64,000 nucleotides of DNA, from assembly GCA_030698625.1 (NCBI GenBank), contig JAUYMS010000017.1, positions 12,962 to 76,961 on the forward strand. The letters run 5' to 3'. This document shows positions 17,081 to 27,900 of this stretch, piece after piece. Source of the DNA: Candidatus Omnitrophota bacterium (lineage in GTDB: Bacteria; Omnitrophota; Omnitrophia; Omnitrophales; Aquincolibacteriaceae). The translations under genes were made by a program, and so were the position numbers. Each line of letters opens with the position of its first letter. Position 1 is the first letter of the stretch. Below the pieces are notes generated by a model. That model was given only the letters and a program-made list of their open reading frames with translations. It was not told the origin of the DNA and did no database searches.

Positions 17081-18687
17081 AGACTGTCCTCTTAATTTTT
17101 CTCGCGTTTCTCATCACCTCGAATCAAGCCTTCGCTGCCACCGGTGAGAAGGCGATGGTTGCTACAGCCCATCCTTATGCTACCGACGCCGCTCTGGAAA
17201 TTCTCCGCTCAGGCGGTAATGCCGTTGACGCAGCGATCGCTGCCCAGTGGGTTCTCAATGTCGTGGAACCTTTTTCTTCAGGAATCGGCGGCGGCGGATT
17301 TTTTCTCTTTTATGGTGCGGACAACGGGCGGGTCTATACTTTTGACGGTCGTGAGAAAGCCCCGGCTGCCGCAGATCCTGAAATGTTTCTGGATGCGACG
17401 GGTAATCCCCACCCCTTTTTTCCTGATCGAATCACCGGAGGCTTACCGGTCGGGGTTCCCGGGACATTGAAATTACTCGAGACGGTTCACGCACGATTCG
17501 GAAGCAGAAAAATGACTTTCTCGGAACTCTTTGAGCCGGCAATTCGCCATGCGCGAGAAGGTTTCATGGTCTCGGCACGCATGAACCGGTTTACCGAAGA
17601 GCAACGGGAGCGTCTTTATCTTTTTGACGCGTCGCGACGGATTTTTCTGACGACCGGAGGTAAACCATTGCCCTCAGGAACCGTTTTAAAGCAGCCGGAT
17701 CTGGCGCGCACGTTTGAGGCAATTCGCGACGGGGGAATCGATGTGTTCTATAAGGGTGAGATCGCGGAAGCGATCGTTCAAGCCGTACGAGATGCCCCCT
17801 TTCATCCCGGACGCATGACGAAAGCCGATCTTGCGAACTATGAGGTCCTTGAGCGTGACGCGCTTCGCGGCACATACCGGGGGTATGAAATCGTCGGCAT
17901 GGGCCCGCCTTCATCAGGCGGTACCACATTGCTCGAGATGTTGAATCTCTTAGAGCTTACGAATTTGTCCGGATTAGATACCCTGGAAGAAGCCGCCGTC
18001 ATGGTTGAAGCCCAAAAGCTGGCTTTTGAAGACCGCAATCGTTTTATCGGGGATCCGGATCAAGTGGATGTGCCGGTTGAGCGATTGATATCTAAGGAAT
18101 TTGCCCGCGGACGGGCCGAACCCATTCACACTTCTCATATCTCCATCGTAGACGATTACGGCAATATGGTGGCTTTTACTACGACGATCGAACACACCTA
18201 TGGTTCGGGGCTCGTGGTGCCGGGATGGGGATTTTTACTGAACAATGAACTCACCGATTTTGACGTTGAACCTCTCGCAGACGGCACCCCGCATCCGAAC
18301 GCCCCTGCTGCACAGAAACGGCCGCGCAGCAGCATGACACCAACCTTCGTATTCAAAGAGAGTCGGCCGTATCTGGTCATCGGGTCACCGGGCGGCTCGA
18401 CCATCATCGGAACGGTACTCAATATTATCGTCAATATGATCGATCATGAAATGACGCTCGATGGGGCGCTTACGGCTGCCAAGAAGATTCACCGGGGCCG
18501 CGGCGTGGAACTTGAGACACCTCTCTACGAGTCGGGGGCGATGCGGCAGTTTTTAACAGACCGAGGTTATGCCGTAGGGCATAACGACTCCTTTGGGAAT
18601 GCCCAGGGTATTTGGTTTAACGAAGCCGAACGGGTTTTGGTGGGAGCCAGTGATCCTCGCGGAGAAGGCAAAGCGGAAGGCTATTAA
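17077..18687 (+). CDS. ggt: Gamma-glutamyltransferase, probably with a Sec signal peptide from a CTG start at 17077 (first ATG 17155)
   Basis: GGNAVDAAIA, SGIGGGGF, DGREKAP, PPSSGG, nucleophile HTSHISIVD, LNNELTDF, KRPRSSMTP, GSPGGS. In-frame upstream LKTVLLIFLAFLITSNQAFA. The start is uncertain. Confidence 0.9.
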   Translation: MKTVLLIFLAFLITSNQAFAATGEKAMVATAHPYATDAALEILRSGGNAVDAAIAAQWVLNVVEPFSSGIGGGGFFLFYGADNGRVYTFDGREKAPAAADPEMFLDATGNPHPFFPDRITGGLPVGVPGTLKLLETVHARFGSRKMTFSELFEPAIRHAREGFMVSARMNRFTEEQRERLYLFDASRRIFLTTGGKPLPSGTVLKQPDLARTFEAIRDGGIDVFYKGEIAEAIVQAVRDAPFHPGRMTKADLANYEVLERDALRGTYRGYEIVGMGPPSSGGTTLLEMLNLLELTNLSGLDTLEEAAVMVEAQKLAFEDRNRFIGDPDQVDVPVERLISKEFARGRAEPIHTSHISIVDDYGNMVAFTTTIEHTYGSGLVVPGWGFLLNNELTDFDVEPLADGTPHPNAPAAQKRPRSSMTPTFVFKESRPYLVIGSPGGSTIIGTVLNIIVNMIDHEMTLDGALTAAKKIHRGRGVELETPLYESGAMRQFLTDRGYAVGHNDSFGNAQGIWFNEAERVLVGASDPRGEGKAEGY

Positions 18688-18693
18688 CGTTAT

Positions 18694-19224
18694 ATGGAAC
18701 CGGAGCTTTTATACAAGGGAGATTACTTACAACTCCTACGCAAGGATGACTGGGAGTATGCCGAAAGATTAAACTGTAGCGGAGTTGTCTTTATTATCGC
18801 GATAACCGATGATGAGAAGATTGTTTTGATTGAGCAGTTCCGGGTCCCTGTCGGCAAAAGGTTGATTGAAATCCCTGCGGGCATTGCCGGTGATGATCAT
18901 CACGCCGGTGAAACCAACGAAACCGCGGCGAAAAGGGAACTTGTGGAAGAGACCGGCTATGAAGCAAAAGTCCTGGTCCCGCTTGTCACAGGGCCGGTGG
19001 CTCCGGGATCGTCTTCGATGGTGATGACTTTTTATCTGGCCCAGGGGCTCAAGAAAATCGGCCAAGGCGGCGGAGATCACACCGAAGATATCAAGGTCCA
19101 TGAAGTTCCCTTGAGTGAAGTTGATGAGTGGTTGAAAAACAAGCACGGTGATGACCTGTGGGTGGATCCCCGAGTCTTCATCGCGCTCTATCTATTGAGA
19201 CACCGTATGCCTAAGGACAGGTAA
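18694..19224 (+). CDS. Nudix hydrolase, ADP-ribose pyrophosphatase-like
   Basis: EQFRVPV, EIPAG...ETAAKRELVEETGY Nudix box. Confidence 0.88.
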   Translation: MEPELLYKGDYLQLLRKDDWEYAERLNCSGVVFIIAITDDEKIVLIEQFRVPVGKRLIEIPAGIAGDDHHAGETNETAAKRELVEETGYEAKVLVPLVTGPVAPGSSSMVMTFYLAQGLKKIGQGGGDHTEDIKVHEVPLSEVDEWLKNKHGDDLWVDPRVFIALYLLRHRMPKDR

Positions 19225-19225
19225 C

Positions 19226-19471
19226 ATGACAAGACGTTGGTATTTGATACCCTTATGTCTGATACTGTTCGCCTCATGTGCAAGCAATCCCGATATCGGC
19301 ATGACGGCTTATGATATCTACGAGCTGCGGGTCGCGGAACTACAGGCGGCGGTCGAAAGCCAAAAGATGACTACAGCGCAAGCCGAGATCGAGCGGAGAG
19401 CGGCGTATAATGAGTACTTACAAGGAGTTAAGGATTATACGATTCAACGTGAAGGGACGCGAAATTGGTAA
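19226..19471 (+). CDS. Small lipoprotein, hypothetical
   Basis: MTRRWYLIPLCLILFASC lipobox-like signal; tightly coupled to the Nudix gene. Confidence 0.65.
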   Translation: MTRRWYLIPLCLILFASCASNPDIGMTAYDIYELRVAELQAAVESQKMTTAQAEIERRAAYNEYLQGVKDYTIQREGTRNW

Positions 19472-19478
19472 GATACGG

Positions 19479-19487
19479 TGGTATAAT
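19479..19487 (+). promoter_or_regulatory. Extended -10 promoter of the YccA-family gene
   Basis: TGgTATAAT, with SD AGGAGG ahead of GTG 19517. Confidence 0.45.
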
Positions 19488-19516
19488 GTCACTGATATCA
19501 TTCTCACAGGAGGTGA

Positions 19517-20212
19517 GTGAACATGGATCAGAATAGAGATAAGTCATTTTCAGGAGCGAGTTCGGAAGCCTTGACCCAGACCTTCATGCAGCGGGTCTAT
19601 CAGTGGATGTCTGCGGGGCTGGCACTTACGGGGTTTATCGCCTATTGGGCTTCAGGTAATGTGAGCCTCATGCGCTCCCTGCACGGCGGTGCCTTTATCG
19701 TTTTGGTTTTAGTGGAGCTGGGCATCGTTTTTTGGCTTTCCTCACAGGCCATGCGTATTTCAGCGACGGCCGCAACAGCCGGATTTTTGATCTATTCGGC
19801 GTTGAACGGGTTAACTCTCTCCTATATTTTTATCATTTACACATCGGCCTCGATTGCCTCGACCTTTTTTATCACGGCCGGCACCTTCGCCGCTGTCAGT
19901 CTCTATGGCTGGACCACTAAGCAGGATCTCACCTCGCTCGGCGGTTTCTTTATCATGGGCCTGATCGGCATTATCATCGCAAGCGTAGTCAACATGTTTA
20001 TGCGCTCACCCCTATTGTATTGGGCCATCAGCTACATCGGCGTGGGGTTATTCATCGGCCTTACTGCCTATGACACGCAAAAGCTGAAGAACATTCATCA
20101 GAGCAACCCCGGGGCTCCGGATCAATTGGCCATTTTGGGCGCGTTATCGCTGTATCTCGATTTTATTAACATGTTCATCTTTCTGCTGAGAATATTCGGG
20201 AGACGCCGTTAA
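19517..20212 (+). CDS. Bax inhibitor-1/YccA family membrane protein
   Basis: FMQRVYQWM, about 7 TM helices, YGWTTKQDL, TAYDTQKLK, GALSLYLDFINMF. Confidence 0.92.
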   Translation: MNMDQNRDKSFSGASSEALTQTFMQRVYQWMSAGLALTGFIAYWASGNVSLMRSLHGGAFIVLVLVELGIVFWLSSQAMRISATAATAGFLIYSALNGLTLSYIFIIYTSASIASTFFITAGTFAAVSLYGWTTKQDLTSLGGFFIMGLIGIIIASVVNMFMRSPLLYWAISYIGVGLFIGLTAYDTQKLKNIHQSNPGAPDQLAILGALSLYLDFINMFIFLLRIFGRRR

Positions 20213-20775
20213 TTCGTCTTAGAAAGTCGTCGCCGAACCCGCATGGCTGCCAAGCCACCCAGCATGAGAGCCAGAGTGCCGGCCTCAGGGGTTTGAGGGA
20301 TCTTATCGTAATCGATATCCAGACGCGATCGAATAAGCTCAATTTTTTCTGAGTTGAAAGCCGTCTGCTCTGAGAGCCCAACCAGAAAACTCTCGCTGCC
20401 CGACTCTAGCAAAGTTTTAAGTAAACCCACATCCAAAGACCAGGTATCGGTGCGGCCGGCAGCGTCGCTTTCCAGAAGTGTCCCCAGAAGAGTGCCGCTT
20501 GGGGTCGTCGCGATCCAGATTTCCCGCGTTGGGCCCTCGTTAAGATTTCCCTTGTGGGTGAGACTGAGCTCGACCGAATGGATTTTTGCCGCCTGCGGAA
20601 AGGCCGTCAGATCATGGGCGTAGGTGTAATTGATCTGATTTCCGGACAACGTATCAGTCACGACAAGCGGTCCCGAAAAATCTAAGGCATCGAAGAAAGT
20701 TACGGCGTAAGCCGGTGTAGAGGTAGCTAAAGCCACGGCGGCAAGCAGGGCCGCAAGTGTAAGTGTTCGGTTCAT
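20209..20775 (-). CDS. PEP-CTERM-type exosortase substrate (secreted, ~188 aa)
   Basis: SD GAGGAGGA before ATG 20775; signal MNRTLTLAALLAAVALATSTPAYA; C-terminal TPEAGTLALMLGGLAAMRVRRR (PE-TM-basic tail). Confidence 0.8.
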   Translation of the reverse strand: MNRTLTLAALLAAVALATSTPAYAVTFFDALDFSGPLVVTDTLSGNQINYTYAHDLTAFPQAAKIHSVELSLTHKGNLNEGPTREIWIATTPSGTLLGTLLESDAAGRTDTWSLDVGLLKTLLESGSESFLVGLSEQTAFNSEKIELIRSRLDIDYDKIPQTPEAGTLALMLGGLAAMRVRRRLSKTN

Positions 20776-20836
20776 GGGGATCCTCCTCATGAGGGGTTGT
20801 GAGGAAGAATCACGATCCGACAGGAATACCCTCAGA

Positions 20837-20852
20837 TGCAAGAAACACGCCA
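20837..20852 (-). promoter_or_regulatory. sigma54 (-24/-12) promoter of the PEP-CTERM gene
   Basis: Minus strand TGGCGTGTTTCTTGCA has exact GG-N10-GC spacing, about 60 nt upstream of the ATG. Confidence 0.6.
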
Positions 20853-20959
20853 TGGTGTATAAAGACAAAATTTTAATTCATTAATTATCATAAGCAACTT
20901 CATCAAACCTACTTAGGGAAAAGCTCAAAATGCCGACAATCGCATAAGGATATGTTTGT

Positions 20960-21706
20960 ATGTCTATGTCGCTAAACACTTTGACGAAAAAAATATACTT
21001 CGGATTCCTGTTGCTCACGGGTCTACTTGCGCTTAATGCTTTACGGGTTCAGGCAGAAACCGCGAAGTCTCCCGAGACGATTGTCATCGCCGGCGTCGAG
21101 CGAGTGCTTGAAAAATTCGAAGACGAGCATCCCAAAGACAAATCAAAAGTCATGTATACCTACTACACGGATGGAGGGAGGCCCGTTTTGCAGGGAACCT
21201 TTATGCGTTGGTCGAGTGGGGGGGAGAAGATATTTGAAGCCCGGTACGAACAAGGGAAACTCAATGGCAGAGTCACTGAGTGGTATGGATTGGGCGAGAC
21301 AAAGTCCGAGGTCGATTACGTCGATGGAGAGAAGCACGGAAAACGGCAGGACTGGTTTCAGGGAGGCGAGAAATCGACGGAAATTGACTATATCCACGAC
21401 GAAGTGCAAGGGAAAGTTGTCCGCTGGTACCGGTCGGGCCAGATGGAGTCCGAGGCCCCCTATGAGCTGGGGCTGTTGAATGGGACATGGACGGGCTGGT
21501 ATGAAAACGGAAACAAGAAATTCGAAAGAAACTTCAAAAACGGCCTCAGGCAGGGAAAATCCATCCGCTGGTACGAGAACGACGATAAGATGTATGAGAC
21601 GGATTATGATAACGACCAGCGTCACGGTAACCACCTCTGGTGGGACGAGAACGGGAACCTCGTCAAGAAGGTTCAGTACAGGGACGGCAAGCTCATATCC
21701 TCCTAA
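20960..21706 (+). CDS. Exported MORN-variant repeat protein (YwqK-like)
   Basis: Signal peptide ending VQA, then about seven 24-aa repeats of type G...WY.[NS]G.K..E..Y..G...G. Confidence 0.85.
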   Translation: MSMSLNTLTKKIYFGFLLLTGLLALNALRVQAETAKSPETIVIAGVERVLEKFEDEHPKDKSKVMYTYYTDGGRPVLQGTFMRWSSGGEKIFEARYEQGKLNGRVTEWYGLGETKSEVDYVDGEKHGKRQDWFQGGEKSTEIDYIHDEVQGKVVRWYRSGQMESEAPYELGLLNGTWTGWYENGNKKFERNFKNGLRQGKSIRWYENDDKMYETDYDNDQRHGNHLWWDENGNLVKKVQYRDGKLISS

Positions 21707-21863
21707 ACACCCCTAGTCATCCCAAAGGTCAGAAGGACCCCAGGACACCCCGAAAAATCCCCACTTTTTTTCAGATGAGTCAAAATGGCAACATTTTAAG
21801 TCGTTTAATTAAAAAGACTTAGAATGTCCTGATTTTCGCCCTCAAATAGTTGTTCCCTCCGAT

Positions 21864-21892
21864 TTGATAAACCTCAAAACGCATGGCACACT
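21864..21892 (+). promoter_or_regulatory. Candidate sigma70 promoter of giant gene 2
   Basis: TTGATA, 17-nt spacer, CACACT with extended TG; same layout as the candidate upstream of giant 1. Confidence 0.3.
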
Positions 21893-21985
21893 TTTATAAC
21901 TCTTGTTTTCGTGGGATTTCCTAGCAATTTATAGCGCTCGGGGATCCTGCAACTACTTTAAATACGACAAGTTAAGGAACTGGGA

Positions 21986-24900
21986 ATGTCTAAAAATACG
22001 TCCATTCTTTATCCCTGGATAAAGTTAATTGCCACAGTGACCGTGTGTCTGTTTACGCTCAACACAGTTGCTTGGTCCGCACCCACAGTCCCACAGGCCA
22101 ATATCACGCTTAGCGCACCGTTCAAGTCTCCCGAAATCAAGGACCTGTCGTTACTCGAACGGTTTACGATTCCGCCTCATCTCGGCAGTATCGAAGCGAT
22201 CCATATTCCGCAAGACATCAGCGAGCGCATGGCTTCGCCGACAATCATTCACATTCAAGACGCCCACACCAGCCTCGAAGCCCAGATCAAGATGAAGGAA
22301 TTGATTCACTACCTCCACGAAAAGCACAATTTTGATCTTATCCTGGTGGAAGGAGGCCAGGGTGCGCTAGACGCAGAACGACTCGATTTCTTTGACAACC
22401 CGGCATTAAACCAAAAGGTCGCAACCGATCTCGCCCAGAAAGGGGAAATCGGCGGCGCGGAACTCTATCTTCTAGAGAACCGTGAACAGGGAGCTGAGGT
22501 CGTCGGTGTTGAAGATGACCGGCTGTACTGGGAAAACCTGGCCGCGTTTCGGCGCGTGCTAGCGGGACGCGATAAGTCAGATGATTTTCTCGACAATCTC
22601 AAAACGAGTTTAGGCTCTTTGAGCTCTCTGTACTTCAGCCCCGAGCTGCGCGATTTTACAAGGGATTGGCTGCTCATCCAAGATTCAACCGAAAAGACGA
22701 TTCAACGTTTAGGCGTTTTGAAGAAAGCCGCCCTCGGCCACCTACAGGTCGATCTCGACAATGCCGCCGAACAGAAATCATGGCCGTATTTGGTGCGCTT
22801 TTTTAAAGTGAGAGAGCTTGAGCGCGCGCTGGATTTTAAGCAGGCCGGTATGGAAAAAGGGCATATCGTAGAATGGCTAGCAACGCAGAAACTCGATAGC
22901 TATTGGGCCGAGGGCCTTCAATTGCTCTTTGATGAGGGCAATCAAAACCCGACAGACCCCAACGATGTCCGCAAGAATCCGCGGCCTTTCTTGGAGCGCT
23001 TTTACCAGGCGGTAAAACCGCTCGGTTTTAACTTTGACAAGTACGAAAACTTTGGGCGATACCTCGCTCTTGTAACCCTTGAGCGTGAGATTGATGCCTC
23101 TGCATTCTTTCGGGAAATCCAAAACCTGACAAAGAAAATTACCGTGAGTCTCGCGCACAGCGACGAAGCCGGTCGCCTGGTTGAGTTGCTAGAAGACTAT
23201 CAGCTATGTAAGAAACTGTTTGGCCTGGAACTTACGCGCTCAGAGTTTTCGGCGATCCAGAAATCCCGGGATAAATACCTCCCCCGCGCCATGGCGGACC
23301 GCGCCCTCGCATTTGATAATGGCAGGACAAAGCTGACGTTTAATTCCCTCTCAGACCTCGACGCGCTTTTCCGGTTGGTACTCCGGTTTTACGAAGGGAC
23401 GATGCAGCGCGATATGGCGATGATCGAAAACGCCATGAGCGTCATGAAAAGCAAGAAGTCGAACAAGGCCATACTCGTGACCGGCGGATTTCACAGCGAA
23501 GGGCTTCGCGGACTCTTTGAAGAAAAGGGATTCGCTTACGCGCAAGTGGCTCCGAGAATCTCAGAACTCAATTCGACCGTGAACTATCACGACGTGATGC
23601 AGGGGAAAATCGATGACGTCCTCCTGCAGAACTCACAATTAAAGAGCGCGTTGTATCTAATAGCGCGTAGTAACGTGCGCCCGGAGCGGGCGATTCGAAT
23701 TCTTCGCGCGGCCGGCTTTCGGCCACAGGACCTACTTAACATCCCCGCTGAAAACATCCTCTCCGATCCGAGAACAAGAGCCCTGCCGAATGGAGCGCAA
23801 CGCGACTTAGCGCTTCATTTTCTTAGACTTCAAGTCGCGCTTTATCAGGAACTCAAACAGGCCGAATCCGTAGCCGCGGTGCTCAGTGGACGCACTCAGC
23901 GCACCGCGGACGGATTCGGTTCCGCAGAACCCAGATTTGCCCGTTCCGTAACAGGTGTGGTCACACAGTGGGTGCGCTCACGCTCGGAACTACGAGCGTC
24001 GTTGGTTGCGACAGAGATGATGCTCTCCGATATTCTGCCTGCGGGTGAGGTCATCGACCGCGTCATTATCGTTGCGGACAATAGCGGCACTCTTACCGAA
24101 CACCGCAAAAAACCCCTGGAGGGAGAGATGCTCAATGCGCTGCGTGCATTTCTGGGCGAGGCAGGCAATGCGCTGCTAGTTAATTCCGGCGATCCGTTCG
24201 CGATGATCACGACCGTGTCTCAGGAGCCTCTTCTTACCTCACTCGACGCGGAATCGGCCTCCCGCATGCGCCTAATTACCGATGGGGGGAAGACAAAACT
24301 CTCAGTAGGCGCGGGCGGTACCATCGAAAACAAAGTAACGGACCCCGATTGGAGCCGCGACGTACAGATCGCGTACACTCGTGCGCTGATTGAAAGTTTT
24401 TATGATGCGGTTAAGAAAAGACACGGACCGCTCAAAGACATGATCGGTGACATAGCGGACAGTACACTGGAGGATTTCAGGGCAGAGTTGCTTGGAAAAC
24501 TTCGGGATGAGGACGAGCTGGGCCGTTGGGGTATACCGTCCAGCGGGGAGCAGGTTTACGAATTCTCCATTGTTACCGATGCCTTACGTGAAAAGATCGG
24601 CGACGTATTTGTTTATGAAGCCGGCTCCAAGGTAACACTCGAGATGGAAAGCGCCCGAGACGCTTATTCTCTGGCGCTCATCCAGGATATTGAAGCGGGT
24701 TTTAGGGCTAGGCACGTCACCGGTGATGGGAGCTTGTACGTTGCGTCGGGAGATTGGTTCGTTGACATTACAGCGACGACGAAGGCTCTAGCCGTTAAGA
24801 AGACATTGGAAGACATCTTCTCAGAAATAGGGCCGGAAGAAAATGTGGTGATATTTATCATAGGCGACGGCGGCAACGATCTCGATACGCTGAATCTGGA

Positions 24901-27900
24901 CCTCTCAGGCCGAGCGCACACGGCAGTCATCCCTGTTTTTCTACAGCATGATGAAATTTACGGCGAAGCCTTGCCGGCGCATGCATGGGTCTCGCGGGAG
25001 ACGAAAATGGATGGCGGTCTTGAGGTGGTCCGTTATGCCTTAGGCCTTGTCGGTAAGAAGGTATCCGAGACAGCCGCATTGCCGCTGCTGAAATGGCAGC
25101 GCTCGGAACCGCGCGCTGATGAAGCCACAGAGGCGATTGATCTAAAAGATAAAACCGTATTGCTGCTTCCGGGAGGCGGCTCCCTTGTTGAGAAGATGGG
25201 CAAAGTCCTCTACGAGGAAGACGAGACTTACCGCAAGGTCATGGACGATGCCGCCAAGATCCTGGGGTATAACCTGGCCGAAAAGATTTTTACGCTTTCC
25301 GAAAAAGAGCTCGAGAACCCGATCTATGATGAACCCGCCATTGTATTGACGCTGTATGCGCTTTATGCGTCGGTTGAAGCAGCACTCGGTTATCCGCCAG
25401 AGGAAGGCGCCATTTACGGTCTCTCACGCGGTGCGATTACGGCCGCGATGATTGCCGGCTCACTTTCATTTGAAGATGGGGTGCGTCTTGCACAGCGGTA
25501 CGGCGAGGCTTTGAGCAAGACGCCTGCGGGTGCCATGATTCAGGTCATGGGGTTGCCCGGTGAAACCGTCGAAGGCATTGCCGCGGATCTCGACCTTGAT
25601 ATCGGTGTAGATCTTGGGGAAACACCGGCCATGGGGCACGTCCTGACGATCTCCGGACCGGCTGAGGTCATTAAGGAGGCGGCCCGCCGCGTTGAAGCAG
25701 CGAAAACGGTTGAACACCCGCATGTTCAGGTTGTCCAACTCGCCAATGGGGGTGTGGCCAGTCACAGCCGTGTCATTCAAGAGGCTGTGGATGATATCGA
25801 AAACTTCATTAAGACGCTCGAGGTGCGGAAGCCCTATGTGCCGCTCGTCAGCAATATTGACGGCAGTTTCCTTACGACTGCCGCGCAAGTTGAAAACGAG
25901 CTCTCCCAACACCTGGCTAACCGTATCCGCTTTCCGGCAGTACAAGAAACACTCAAAGCCGCCGGTGCCAACCGGTTTATGGAACTCGGGACCCGCCGCA
26001 AGGGTGTGCTGTCACGATTCCTCTATAAGACTGACCCGCGGCCGGAATACGTGGACGCACCGGCCGCAGGCGATGCCACCAACTGGGAACGCTTCGTCGC
26101 GAAATTCAAGACACCGGCGATGCCCGAAAGGCTTGTCACAAAGCTGCGCAGCGTCAACCAAGAAGGTGCGGACAATCTCAAAGTATCAGATGAAAACGAG
26201 GAATACCGCCGGCACTGGATCCGTACGAACCAGCTGATACGTCAGGGGCTTGAGGAAGCAGGCGACGGCGGCACGGTCTTATTGTTCGGGCTTGGGAATG
26301 GTAATGAATTCGCAGAACGTTACAAGCGAGAAGATCCGGACTTTTTAACATTGGCGGATCTTGCGCGCCGCGTCGACCGTATTGTTGTCTTTGAGGCCGA
26401 TCCCGAATCCGCACAGCGAACCATTGCCTCGATTGGGGATCCCGCCCTCGAAGCCAAATTCACACTTGAACTCGGAGACGTTACGCGCTTAGGGGCCGCG
26501 TTTGCGCGAAAGGCCGGAAAAGTCATTCAGACATCCTCGCGCGATGATGTGATTGAAGACCTGACCGAGATGATTTCTCAGATTAGGATTCCGGTTATGG
26601 ACTACAGCGAGTACGAAGCCTCGCTGGTGCTTGCACCGACTGTCCTCTCACAGATATTTCTCCATACGCGCAGGGCTCTCTATGAGATGCTCGACGAACA
26701 ATTCGGTGATTTTGGAGGCGTTAACCTTTCGGGTCCCGAAGACGAAAAGCTGCCGCTCGCTGTTGCCATGTCCATGCTGGAGGGAGACATTCACCTCGCC
26801 TTTCTCCGTTCCCTGCGGAGGGGTGTCACCGACGACGGGCGAGCCGTCATTTCGTGGACGAAAGACCGGGTTCAGGGTGTTACGTCAGAAGACGGAGTGT
26901 TTACGGTGAAACATACGGAATATTTGCTATTCAGTAATTACATTAGAGATGTCATGGAGCTCTTCGAAGGGGAATTCGCTGCTTGGCACTGGATGCTCAT
27001 TTCGGATTTTCAGTCGCCCACCGGCATGAGTGTTGGGTTTAATGTGCAGGGGGCTTTGCTTTCCCCGAAAGCCGTTGATATGAACTCGCTGTCGAAACCC
27101 GGCGCGTTTTTGCCTTTGGTGAGCACTAAGAAAACAAAACAGGCGATGGCGGCGGGAAAGAAACGCGATCCGAACGAACCGCTTCCGCACGGTGCCGAAT
27201 GGCGCTTTGAGCGGGTGCGTGAGCCGGCTGACAGCCGAAAATATCTGCGGTTGGCCGAAAAGGCGCAGCGCTTGAGCCGTGTTTATTCGGCCGATGCGTC
27301 TTCGACCGTCGCTTTCTACTTCATTTCGCGAAGCCTCCGGGAGTTTGAAGAAAGAGGCGAACAGGCCTGGGAGATTTTCGACCACACCGGCCGCACCGTC
27401 GGCTTGAGTGTTCTTTCAAAGCCGAGATCCGATACATTGTCTGCCGAGCTTCGGAGTCTCATCGCCGCAGGCGGGGAGCTTGCCGAGCGGGAAACCGCGA
27501 TTATTCCCGAGTATCAGCGCCGCGGCATCGGGGCAGGTATCGGTATTGAGACCTTGCGCTACCTGCAGGACCATGCCGATGAAGGCATACGTTTTCTTCA
27601 TTCCAGGATTGATTACGGCCATGAGTCGTCTTTTCGCTTTCTGCACCGGGCGGCCCAGGAACTGGGACTGCCGATCCGCCTTGTGCCGGGCCCCGCAGGG
27701 GAAACCGGGGCACATCATCTGCTGGTTGATTTGTATCCGACAGAAGACCGCAGCGATGAAATTAAGACGATCATTAAGGAGTTTGCGGGACTGTCAGCGA
27801 ACATCGACAAGGCGTGGGAACAGTTGCAGAAACTGGAACAGACCGAACGGTCCGAATTAAGAGCCACGCCTATACATGACGAGCGCCTCGGGGAGCGCGC

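Noticed and set aside
20776-20868. Longer 219-aa start for the PEP-CTERM gene given in the ORF track
   Set aside because: The extension overlaps the sigma54 promoter, whereas ATG 20775 has a strong SD and begins a clean signal peptide.
21884-21899. TGGCAC upstream of giant 2 as a sigma54 promoter
   Set aside because: The -24 element is perfect but the -12 position reads TATA rather than TTGC. An extended -10 sigma70 reading fits better.
25115-26030. Giant 2 as a PKS/NRPS megasynthase because of its size and acyltransferase domain
   Set aside because: No ketosynthase, ACP/PCP, condensation or adenylation motifs were recognised in any of the three giants.
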